64,000 nt of DNA from Ophelia neglecta (Eukaryota): assembly GCA_965285935.1 (NCBI GenBank), contig OZ260661.1:43276001-43340000 (forward strand). Direction: 5' to 3'. Below are positions 38,153-50,500 of the stretch, one piece after another; the stretch's first letter is position 1; every line of letters begins with the position of its first letter. A program made the translations under genes and the position numbers. The notes under the pieces were generated by a model. The model was not told where the DNA came from. It ran no database searches and was given only the letters and a program-made list of their open reading frames with translations.

Positions 38153-40799
38153 CTGTCAATTGAGAGGAGTTGACCTTCATGGAAATGAGCCAAAGCATGT
38201 AAACCAATAAGAATTGTTTTAATCATCTCAGTAGATTAACTATTGGTGTAACAGTAAAGTCAAGATTTGTGGGTGGAGGCCACATGCACCTGAGATAGAG
38301 CCGCAGCTCTAGGCCTACAAGCCTAACTGGTCTGCTACATGTTTAATGAAGCTGGATTGAGGGGTGAGCTGGGATTATATGCAGATATTGACAGCTTGAT
38401 GATTGATGATATACGGAGCACTATACACTGACCGAAGGTCAAAAAGTCTTTCATACTTAGTGATCAGAGAACCAGGCTGGTTGGAAGTCAACTGCCTTCT
38501 CTCTTTGAATTATAAACTTACTATGATAATGTTCATCAGAATTCTTGCTAAGCTAATAACCTTATGACCTGGGTCCTGACCACTGCCCTCAATTTTGGTA
38601 ACTTATGATATGACTCCTATAACTCACAAATAAATGTCTAATTCTACACATCCTTTGGAAGATCCAGTGTCATAATATGCCCATCTTGTAGATATATTGT
38701 CTTATATATCATTATAATCACTGGCCTTTCTCATACCCAGCGAGATGTATGTAACCTCATATATACCTAGGCCTCCCCTCCTCATTGCCCCTGTGCAGGC
38801 AGCAGACATCTCTGGAATCTAACAGTCTCTTGATCAAATGCTTCCTATCAGCCTCCTGCCACTGGCCATGGGAAATGAGTAAGGGTATATTTACTCAGTA
38901 ATAGACTCAAGATATACATGTTTACTTCGCTCCCTGTGAGCTTAATTGAGGTCAAGCTAAATGCCACTCTTGCTTGCTGACATTCTTGCATGTCCGTTAA
39001 TTATCCAGTTATGTTCATGATTTAAGCTTTTTTCAACGTCCTAAATTGAATTATTTTGCGTGCTAAATTGAATTATTTTGCGAGTTAGATATTGGGTTTG
39101 ACACACATTTGAAATCAGGTGTATATTTCCCACAACCGCCAATCCCACTGGCACATGGAATGGATTTAATCCATCCCGCCTGGATCGGAGCCTATCTGAG
39201 CAAGTAGTCCCTGATATAAATGGTCCAGCCAACCATACCGCATTGATAAACATTGCTCCTTCATTAAGATCTAACCAAAAAGTTTTATGACTTGCGTAAA
39301 TGGGACGCCAATCGCCAGAACTTTACGATATTGGTAATCGGGGCGGACATAATGGCAGCCCATTGATGGTAGAATGGAGTGTCCAATGAGCCAACAAAAA
39401 CAATCAGGAGCCTAATCATTGCTCACATCCTGGGCTACATGATAATCATTGTTTATGTGCCAGAATACATGAGTACCATTGACGTTGATTTGTGGATCAT
39501 TCAAATCACTCTGGACTGATAACATTAACGCATTTAGGATTAAGTGCTGCTTTTGTACTTATGAGCTATTGTTGGCTGAATGAATTAAATTTGAGTTATC
39601 TTGATTTCCTTTTGATAGAAAATTCCCATCCTATGCAATTTTCATTGACAACTGCTCATTATTCACAATGTTATTAATGTTAGCATTGGACAGTAGGTCA
39701 CATGTAATATTATTGTCCAAACATGGATGACGAGCAATACTCTAGTTAGTATAAATATAGCCCAAATATGGCCCAGGTTTATTCAAGTCACGAATGTGAT
39801 TGTCTTTAGCCATGAATACTCATAATCACACACATGTGGCTCCAGAGCTGAGATTATTGGTCTCCTGCACACATAATGGTTATAGATTGCTGGCCTAATG
39901 CAAAGATTTATTTTCTTTCAACTGGAAATCGGTATATGCATAGAAGGAGATAGATTACTCCTGATTAACAAGTATGGTGTTTATTTAAAATGGCTTCCAC
40001 ATGTAACGTCTAAGCATGGTCACTAGCATATTTGATGTAATTCTTCATTTGGTTGTTTTCTCCATGCAGGATGACAGTTACTTCATTGCCTTTCCCCTTT
40101 GTTATTAAACAAGGTTTCTTCCTATTTGTGGCTTTCTCCACTCTATTAGACTTATTCGATTGTAGCCCTGTTAGCCATGGTCTGACACATGTAGACAATG
40201 TCCTGACTTGTCACATTGTCATGCTTCGACATTGTCCTGCTTGCACAATGACAGAAGCAACAGTGGCTTTCCAGAAGCCATTCCCCATATGTCTTTAACA
40301 ATAGGAAGCTTTTGATGGGTACTCTACATGTAATCATTAGACTCTTGCCCACGCTTTCAAAGTTAATGCTTGTTACTTGCAATCTGAATATTTAGGACAC
40401 CTGTTATACATGTATGGTCCTGATAGAAGATTCTGATGTAGTTGATTTGAGCTACTGAGCTCTGCTGTTATGCAAAACAAAATGTCTCTTTCAGAGACAT
40501 GTAGAGACATGTGCAGGAGAGCCTATTAACCTTTATTAAGTGGCCTGGGGAGTTGCCAGTGATTGCTAGCAGTTATATTGTACTGCGCTGCTTTCCAGGA
40601 AATGAGGGCAATTCAGTCCAGAAGATCATTCTCAAACATCACACCTTTGTCATCACATTGTTTGTTACTACCAGTATACCAAAGCAAGGACAAAACTCTC
40701 CACAGAGAGCCTGCTAGGTCAAGATTATAGGATGACTTCCTGAAGCTACTTCATTCAATGGTATAAAAAACCAGGTGAAGACAGTTTTTTTGGCCTTCT

Positions 40800-41900
40800 G
40801 AGTAGCAGAAATGCTGCCCTATAACCTATTTAGTCCACACTCTTTGCCAGTGATCTACAGAGAACATGAACCCTCATACTAGGTGTGATGGATATAGGAA
40901 AAAATTCACCTATTGTCTTTAGCTCTCTCAGCCCATCAATTATTGTTATGAGTACCTCATGTCTATATTTTATCAAATAAATAACTCTTTTTCACATCCT
41001 TTATTTCATGGCTCCTTGGTTTATACAGTCCTTGCATGCTTTTTCATTGAACATGGTTGGTTTCTATTGTCAACCAGACCAGAGAATGGGGCTACCTATG
41101 AAGCTTCATTTTTGTTTGCCAATTTTGATTGGTTAGATTGCTGAACCTGTTTTCTTCTTATATATAGTATTGACATGTGGTCAATTTTCAAGACTATTAT
41201 CCCCCAGCATTTCTTCATTTTGGAGCTTACATGCCCAGTAATGGGTCTTCTTAACTATTCATGATCTCCAGCTGTTAGACAACAATCCAATGGTCTTGAA
41301 GGAGTCTGTCCAATAGTAAGTGTCCTTTCATTTTTGTCTGTCTGGTATACATGTACAGCACCAGGTAATGTTCATTTAAGTGGTCTCTTTCATTAGTTTG
41401 AATCCTCAATGGATTCACTTTATTATTTGGCTTTCATCAGAAATGTTAACTACATTTTGTACATATAGGCACAGTTTATTACCTCAGTATTTGGCTAATG
41501 TGCCCAGTAATCCCCCTGTATGGCAGGCATACATGCAACTGTATGGTACAGGGATAAACTTGGCATTGTTTGCAGAGGAGTGCAACATGGAGATGGATGG
41601 AATGGAAAGCTGCTTGGGGTGTTGATACAGGTATTACTGTCTAAATAATTAAGGAAATTAGACAAGCTCAGCAGAGAAATATCATCAATGCTTCTGTAAG
41701 AACTGATGTATCTGAACTGAACTAGACAGTAGATTTCCCATTGGGTTTGCAGGGTATTCAATGTTGGCTCCAGTCCCTCTTGTCATGCAAACATTGGCCT
41801 TCCTGATGTTTAGAGTGCTTTTGGACTTGTAATGATTTTACTACTTCATCAATGTTACCAAGTTTTGTAAATGGCATTCCATTGAATTTTTTGATGGTAC
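40800..41900 (-). pseudogene. Degenerate LINE (CR1/L2-like) RT fossil
   Basis: In order on the minus strand: NIDEVVKSL, SSYRS..ISLLSLS (cf. NYRPISLLS), FLMKA, NAGDNSL (cf. YADD), NWQTKMKL (cf. WxxxNxLxLN). Each motif is weak, but they are collinear. Confidence 0.35.
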
Positions 41901-41910
41901 AAACCAGCGA

Positions 41911-43590
41911 TGAGAGACTAGGAGAGAAATGGGAGATGTGGGAGACAATGTGAGAGATGGGAGACATGGGAGACAATGGGATGAGAGAGAGACAGAGACA
42001 GAGACAGAGACAGAGACAGAGACAGAGACAGAGACAGAGACAGAGACAGAGAGAAATGGGAGAGACGGGGAGACAATGAGAGAGAGATGAGAGACATGGT
42101 AGACTACGAGAGGTGAGAGATGAGAGAGAGGGGAGACAATGAGGGATGAGATGTGATGAGAGAGATGGGTGACAAAGGGGAGATGAGGGTGATGGGAGAG
42201 ATGGGAGACAATGAGAGATATAGGAGAAAATGACAGATATGATGTGATGAGAGAGATGTGAGACAATGGGGGATGAGATGTGATGAGAGAGATGGGAGAC
42301 AATGAGGGATGAGATGTGATGAGAGAGAGGGGAGACAATGAGGGATGAGATGTGATGAGAGAGAGGGGAGACAATGAGGGATGAGATGTGATGAGAGAGA
42401 GGGGAGACAATGAGGGATGAGATGTGATGAGAGAGAGGGGAGACAATGAGGGATGAGATGTGATGAGAGAGATGGGAGACAATGAGGGATGAGATGTGAT
42501 GAGAGAGAGGGGAGACAATGAGGGATGAGATGTGATGAGGGAGATGGGAGACAAAGGGGAGATGAGGGTGGATGAGAGAGATGGGAGACAATGAGAGACA
42601 TAGGAGAAAATGATGGATTTGATGTGATGAGAGAGAGGGGAGACAATGAGGGATGAGATGTGATGAGAGAGATGGGAGACAATGGGGGATGAGATGTGAT
42701 GAGAGAGAGGGGAGACAATGAGGGATGAGATGTGATGAGAGAGAGGGGAGACAGTGGGACAGAGGAAGGTTGAGGTGAGAGATGGGAGACAATAAGAGAC
42801 ATAGGAGACACTGAGAGAGATGAGAGCCAGTGAGAGAGATGAGAGACATAGGAGACAATGACAGAGATAAGAGACAGTGAGAGAGATGAAAGAGCTGAGA
42901 GATATAGGAGAAAATGAGTGATATAAGAGACTATGAGAGAGATGAGAGACAGTGAGAGAGATGAGACAGATATCAGTCGATGAGAGAGATGCGAGCCAGT
43001 GAGAGAGATAAGAGACATAGGAGACAATGAGTGATATGAGAGACAATGAGAGAGATTAGACAGATATAAGTCGATGAGAGAGATGGGAGACAGTGAGAGA
43101 GATGAGAGACATAGGAGACAATGACAGAGGTAAGAGTGATATGAGAGACAATGAGAGAAATGAGAAGCGTAGGAGACAATGAGAGAGATGAGAGACAAAA
43201 AGAGAGATGGGAGACAATGAGAGAAATGAGATTCATGACAGACAATGAGAAATGACAGATATGAGAGACATGGCAGATATTGAGAGACATGATGGACAAT
43301 AAAAGAAATGAGACCAAATGAGAAGTGACAGACATAGGAGACAATGAGAGATGACACAGGAGACAATGAGAGAGATGAGAGATGACGAGAGAGATAGGAG
43401 ACACTGCAAACATTCGGAGACATGGGGGACAATGAGAGAGATGATAGGTGTTTGGAGACATGGGAGATTAGAAGACACAGGAGACAATGAGAGATGAGAG
43501 GAGATGAGAGACATGGGAGACATGGGAGACGATGAGAGATGAGGATGACAGACATGGGAGACAATGACATAGATCATAGGTGTTGAGATA
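41911..43590 (+). repeat. Purine-rich (GA) satellite with a (GAGACA)n core and a 36 bp higher-order unit
   Basis: About 10 copies of GAGACA at ~41989-42049. The unit GAGAGAGAGGGGAGACAATGAGGGATGAGATGTGAT repeats near-perfectly at ~42250-42540 and ~42630-42755, then degenerates towards 43590. Confidence 0.95.
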
Positions 43591-45099
43591 TGGCAACCTA
43601 CTAACCATCCACTAATTGAGTGTTAATTAATAGTTTAATTTATAGGGACATGACATTTATTAGTTTCAAGAGGTCTGTGTGACCTTTTTTGTGTTTCTGG
43701 TAAGTTTGTTCTGGTTAACCTACCAGTGAAATTCAAGGCCTGCAGCAAATAAAGTAAATTATCAATCAATATCATATTCAATACACAGCACAAGTGTTAC
43801 CAGTTTCTAATCAGGTCACCATTTTCTTATTGATGGCTCAAGAGGTTAGCTTAGCCAGCCCTCTAAGTTACTTTCAAATGTTGTTTAAATTGAGATTTTA
43901 TCTCCATTGTTTAGCCCACTGAGCTGTATTGCACTCTTTTTGCTGCCTCTATCTCCTTGTGGGGGTGTTCAGTCTCATACTGGGACTTGAATTCAAACTT
44001 AGATTGAGTTCCATGAACCAGATTGGAGCAGGTAGTGTATCAGGCCATACATGACCCCCACCACTTCCAGGCTATCTGATTGAAAATAGATTAAAGATAG
44101 TTGGCTAAGCTAATTATAAAGGAGCAAGGCTTGGCCAATGGATTGCAGATTGGCATTGATTGGACTCTAAACTATCTAATCATTCTCCCCTTGGATTGGG
44201 GCTGCCTGGTCCAGGCTAGGACCCTGGGCATGGGACTTTCTACTGTGTAGTTCATATTTGGCAACAGTATCCCAACTATGCTGCAGTAGCTGAACATGGT
44301 ATACATTACACTTTCACATAGGTTGAGTGTTTGGCTCTTGCCTAGTGTGATAGCTCATGGTGGACTATTTTGTACTTGACCTTACAGATTAAATCTCCCT
44401 GTAGAGTACCTTCCATACCATCTCAGACCAGGTGGTGATGTGATAGCCTGCTTCTCTGAAAGCATAAGAGGTACAAATCTAGTTTTTGTTCTTGTGATCC
44501 ACATTATGATAAATACAGATACATTTAAATTACACACACATAAATATTTGGGCAGCATGTCTGAAATATACAACCAACATTGCTAACTTGGATGGACACA
44601 GATTCTATCCACACAAAATGGTCGGAATATAAAAATGGCCAGAAAGCTAGTAACCAGGATGTCAAAGACTCCTTTATGATTTTTCCTCCTTCTGATGCAG
44701 AAATGCATAACTTCAGCAGTAAGTGGGCTTAACTTGTCTGAAAAGTGTCACAAATGACCAAAGGGCTGTTTGATATGCAGATTCAAGAAAAATACGAAGT
44801 GTTAAAAATCACTAGAGCCATGAGTAGCTGGTCGAGCTGTGTTGACATACCTCTCCACTGAGTCTGGCCTAGTTTCAGTTGGAACAAAAATGAATTGATT
44901 GGTTCAAAGCTCTCAACAAACAATCAAAATTGGCCAGTAGAGCTTATATTAGTTCTTGGCATTCAGATTGGTGTTGGGTAAGATTATATTAAGGCCATTT
45001 TGATGTTGCCATGTCTTATGCAATGTAGGGACTGCCTCATTAACTCAACTCATTAGCCATTCCAGGATGACATTCCCCTCCATAGTGCTGGCTGCTCTA

Positions 45100-45960
45100 T
45101 TATATATTAGATTGCAGATTCTTCATGAGTGAAAAACTGACTGCCTATTCATAAAATACAAAAAATTGAGGTGTAAACTGATTAATTATTGCTTCTAGTG
45201 AGATAAATTATCTGGTAAGATTGATTCAGTGGCATAGGAGCAGCTGTTAACCCAACATTAAATGTCTTGTTTGTTCCACATATTTATCCTTGTATTAATA
45301 CCTTTAAGTGCAAATCTTATGGAAAGTAGTGACAACTTCATCTTATTTATAGGATACTAAATTCTGATAGCATCTGCATTTTTTAAATAATTAATTACAT
45401 CATGATCATTAGCAAGTTATGATAAAAAGTAAGTGCGATGAGACCCATTAATTTGTCACATACTTGATAGAGGAACACATCCTTAAGAGGTTGATTATAA
45501 GTTTTCACAGTTTAAAAGACAGGCTCCTTAACTGTTTCTAATTGATAATACAATGTTTTATGTGTGTCTTACAAGGAGTGAAGACTTATGGCAGTCCATT
45601 AACTACAATAATAACAGAAGCAAACAGTTATATACAACTTTTAGAGTAATTATATCTAAAGTGAGAGTAAATGGTGCAAACTGATTTATCTGTGTAGATG
45701 TGGCTGGGGAAACAGATACATCCATCATATGTGGTGTCAACCACCGTCCGCCTCATTGTATCCAGTAATGACCATGTTTGTGTGCTATATGCCAAACTTT
45801 TCTCCATAATACTAATGGTTGCCCGCAACTCAATAATCTGGTCAATTGTGCTTGCATTTTGCAATATGACAGCCCTGATGAACAGTCATAATCAGGGATG
45901 AGGGAGTCCAATATGGATCTCTGAACCATAACTGTTAGGTCAATACTCGTTTGTGTGGCC
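45100..45960 (-). pseudogene. Degenerate LINE (RTE/CR1-like) RT fossil
   Basis: STIDQIIELR...MEK (cf. STIDHIFxLRxxxEK), L*GCVP at ~45470-45490 (cf. QGCVLSP) and NADAI at ~45365-45380 (cf. YADD), in the expected order. Confidence 0.45.
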
Positions 45961-46619
45961 ACTCCCGATGACTAGCGGAGCCGGTGACATTTACAATAAT
46001 GCCTTCATTTTTGCTGTGTCCTCCTTTGAGGTTCCAGTGAGTGGTCATTACATTAATTTATAAGTGCATGGATTTGATTTGTTAATGCTGTAGCCGGTCT
46101 TGTGGAGGGGTCTTGTCATATTTTTCTGACAACCCATGTTGATGTGCCTGACCACTGTGTGGACGTGAAGGAGGGACCACTGTCTGAGGTCACTCCAAGG
46201 TCAAATAGCCACCGGAGGCACCCACTACAGGTCTCTCTGGCTTTATAATGGCCAGTCAGGCTGTTATGGCATTTCACAATGAATTATTTTCTTCATTTAT
46301 CAAGTGCCCCACAGTGCTTCAGAAGTGATTGCCCAGATGTTGTAGACACTGATATAGTAGTATGAAGGATGGTGTATTGCCATTCTGGCCCCATAGCACT
46401 TGTCAGTCCTCACACATCTCACACTTCACTCCAGTTTACCTGATGATGAGCTGCCAGCCTCTGGCTTAATGTTTAGTATAACTGGGCAACAAGTCTAGCT
46501 TGTTTTGTAATCTTTTGTATCCCCTCTTCCATCAGTTACCAGGAGGTATTCATCTCCCGATATGTCTTCTAACTCTGTGCCGAAATTGAACACGACTTGT
46601 TAAAATTTGAACTGACTTA

Positions 46620-46810
46620 AGTGCAGTGGGCTGTGTGGCCTAGGGTTTACACTTCACATAGAATTGCTTCTTGCTCATTTACCTTGTCAGAGAGAGCTTT
46701 AACAGACGGGTCAGACCATGATACTTGAAGGTATAATAGTTGCAGCACACAAGCTCAACTCTGCATGCCATTCACTACCTCATCAGGTGGTATGACTACA
46801 CCAGGGAGAT
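46620..46810 (+). mobile_element. Possible decayed tRNA-derived SINE fragment
   Basis: A-box-like TGGCCTAGGG at ~46636, followed by a SINE-core-like GGGTCAGACCATGATACTTGAA. No clear B box. Confidence 0.2.
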
Positions 46811-47019
46811 GTGATCTATCAAATCAACTCCTAGAGCTTATTGGACTTACAGCCAGGGCCCTCACTCCTGTAGACTTTCTGCAAATCTATTCAACACTGT
46901 TCTCTTATTTTTTCTCCTGTGTTTACTTTTCTTTTTTATTTCCCAGATTTATATGTTACGACATTTTTAAAACTATAAACAACATGCATAATATATGAAT
47001 ATTTATAAAGATGACTGTA

Positions 47020-47500
47020 ATCAGTCTGTCACTCAGGAGGACTGCACAGCTAGTGTTCTCACTCCTGGAGAGATTTTACAGCAAGGCTTCTCACTCCCAA
47101 AGAACTTTACAGCCACAGTCCTTTTTCACTCAAAACTATATAATACAGCCAAGCTTCCCAATACCAGAGAACTGTCATAAAAGACTGCACTGTCAGGGGT
47201 ATCACTCTAAGAGAACTGTTCAGGCTCAGTTCTCACTCTCAAAGAACAGTTGGATGTACAAGACCAAAGTTCACTTAGGATTCTCACTCCCAAATAACTG
47301 TAAAGGCTGGGTTCCCACTCCTTTCACCATACAACCAGGGTTCTCAATCCCAAAGCACTGTACACTCACTCCAAAAGGGCCAAGGGCCTCACTTCTAAGA
47401 ACTGTATAGGCTAGTTCTTACCCCCAGAGAAGAGTACAGCCAGAGTTCTTACCCCATGAAAACTGTACAAGCTGGCACCTCACTCCAGAGAGTTGCACAA
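47020..47500. repeat. Old degenerate ~30 bp tandem repeat
   Basis: Recurrent TTCTCACTCCCAAAGAACTGTACAGCCAG-like unit. Confidence 0.7.
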
Positions 47501-50500
47501 TTATTGCTAATTTTCATTGAAAACAGTCTTTAGCTGTTTTGCCATAACCTGCCAGTTAGCAGGTATTTTTGCAGATTCCTCTCCTGTTCCTAGTAATATA
47601 ACCCAGCCTTGTGTCAGTTTAAAGTCCGACTGGTTCATCCTGCTCCTCATACTTGTATGATATTACTTCAGCAGATGCTGGTAAATACAATATAAACAAG
47701 ACCATTTTGCTACTAAAAAGTTGACATTTGTTCTCCGAAACATGCTTTCCTTTTTACTAAAGGCAGATGCCTGCAAAACTAGAGGGATGATTCAGACTGT
47801 TAAGCTCAGGTTAAGAATTCTCTTTGGTGGGAGTGGTGTGGTCGCTTGGAAACAGGCTCTAAACGAGATCTGGTGGCCTACACCAGCTTCTGAAGTAACT
47901 TAATGATTTCTCTGATATGAGGCCTGAGACATCAGATAATACACTCATCTGGCATCTTCCTTTACTCAGTGGTAAACATTTCACAACACACCCATAAAAA
48001 ACAATACATGTACTAATGTCAGGAGCTTAAGACATGGTTATGCCTGGGGGTTGAACAGGGGCTCATGAAAATTTAAAAGCTCGGCATCGTGTAACATGAT
48101 GATGAAGTCATATTGATGTCATGGGTAAAGCAGCCAAAAGATTTCCAGAAAGCTGCAAGCAGGTGCAAGAAATGCAAATGGGTACAGATAATGTACACAA
48201 GAATAATTTGAAATGATTTATCAGAAGCAAATCAGTTAGTCATAAAAGCAGCTTTCATCTCTACATGTATCAAATATCTAGATGATGAATGCTCAGGCTT
48301 TTATCACCTACTAGACTTTTTTTTCAACATTAATAGTTAATATTTGATGTTAATGGTTGAATATTGTCTCATTTTGGTAAACGCTGTAATTAGTTTCCAA
48401 GCACGAAGCTCACCTGTTATAAGAAATCATATTTGAACATGATGGTTAACACTTTGGATGCCAAACAGAAATGCGATTTGATTCGTACAGATACATTAGA
48501 ATAAACATAAATTTTCAAGGGGTTTATGTCTTTAACCAGCTATGTATCTTCTAAAAGGAAAGAACCTGAGCAATGATATAAAACAACCTCAAGTGTGATA
48601 AAGCCATATTTAATTTTATCCCACTATCTCTAATACAGAATGATAGGAAAAGATAAAGAGCCTACTTTGAAATGAGTACTGATTTTAGAAGCCTTTGTCA
48701 CACAAAGTGTGGAATATTGATAAATATCTTTTATTTTTTGAACTTCAGTTTTGTTGACCACAGTACTCCGCTGTGATAACATTTTGAACCACACATATGT
48801 GTTCAGAGGGGCAGGTTTGTGTTTAGTTTCCTGCTTATGACAATCATAATAAGGTTTTTATTATCCGTAAACATTTCATATGGAAATTATAAAACATATA
48901 TCAGGGGAGGCTGGTTTTTGGCATCTGTAGGGCAGTATCTACAGCCTGACCAGAGATGTTAGGCAAAGACAAACTGTGTGCAAGTTATGACTACCACTTG
49001 ACCAGCTAGAAGACCATCTGAACTCTGGTCTAGTACTTCCTACAAGTGCTATCCAGATATGTCCTAGTAGACTTGTACAATACCAAGGCTTCTCTCCCTC
49101 TCAAACTCCAGTTCTCACTAAAATTTTGTGTGTAAATGTGGAAAAGGACCTCGCCCATTGTGGCTCCTGTTTCTGGCCACTCTTGACCTCTGTATATATT
49201 TGGTTGGAGCATGGCCATGGTTAAGGTATATATACGTACCAGCTAGGGGCTTTGGCCTAGTACACACCGGCTATGAGATCTGACTTTCTGAAACCTTTCC
49301 TCGTTTATGTTGAGACCATTAACAGTTTCTTCTAGTGATATGGAGGCAACGTGTGTTTTCCCATCAACTGGAGAGCGGGATTTATCTCGAGGGCTTCTAG
49401 TTTTTTCATTCCTTAGATGAAACTCAAGCCACTGTGCCAAGCTAAACTTACCAGCCATTGAGAGGCACACTGAACCATAACCAACATTAAATTTCAGAGT
49501 ACTACTGCCCAAGCCATTGCCACTGTCAATTTACGGAGTGGTTCAGAGCAGAATGTCTCTATGCCAGCTGCTGGTGGCTCATTGGCTGGGCAGCAGGGCA
49601 GTAAGCAAGGTGCTGGTAATACTTTTTCCGGGGTTATTTATGAGCAATGACACATCCCTAGAAATTGTTAATAATAAAATGAGATCAGCTTCGAAAGTAG
49701 CAGCGTTCTGAGTTGTGCAAGTGTGCGTGTGCAGTGTTCTTCATGTAGTATCCTGCTCTGTATCCGTCTGACAAAACAGACAAGGCTTGGCAAGCAATCA
49801 AGGTTTGTTGAACAAACCATTCCTTATGATAGGCGTCTGACCTGGAAAAAACAGAGGAAATGCCTGGAAATTTCTCATTGGATCAGCAGTATTTTGGTGG
49901 CTGGCTCATGGTAGCTTTTATCACTCTGTCGTCAACCTCTCTTGGTTTTCACTTTTACCCATCAACAACATTATTGGACTTCCTCTGGCTCATGTTTTAT
50001 GCAACCAGATAAGGGGGTCATCTGTCCATGTTATGATAATTATAGGCCTAATGGACTCAATAATGGTAGTGACTTGCAAAGTTACTCTATAAAAAATCAA
50101 AATTATCTGCCAAGATAACAACATTTTGTGGGTCATTAAGAAGGCAAGTGGCTCCTTATTGCAGGGTGTAACACTGTAGATGTGTACTTTGATTAGGGTA
50201 AACCACAATATCCAGGGCTGCAAGCCCACAGGAAGCAGTGCAGTTGTCATATCGGCTGCTGAGATCAGCCTTGTTTCAGTGTGTAGATTTCTTATCCATT
50301 TTGCTATAAACCTGGCCGGAATCTATCAAGAACCGTGCCTGGACTGTCAAAAGTGTTCTGATGACTTGCCTTGATTTCTTCTATCTCTGCGGCCATAATG
50401 CCTGATTTCATGGCTGTGAATTTTCACTCACCTCTCTATTAACTGATAAAGCCAACATTTCAAGGGTTTTTTTTTATTAAGAGGGATAATTGTTTGGCTT

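Noticed and set aside
41758-43577. Long minus-strand ORFs (366, 401, 488, 162 and 114 aa) rich in S/L/H/I/C
   Set aside because: These are translations of the GA satellite. All three frames are open because the repeat has almost no stop codons on that strand.
45873-45900. CTGATGA motifs (here and at ~24950 and ~57039) as hammerhead ribozyme cores
   Set aside because: No stem II closed by GAAA with matching stems I and III.
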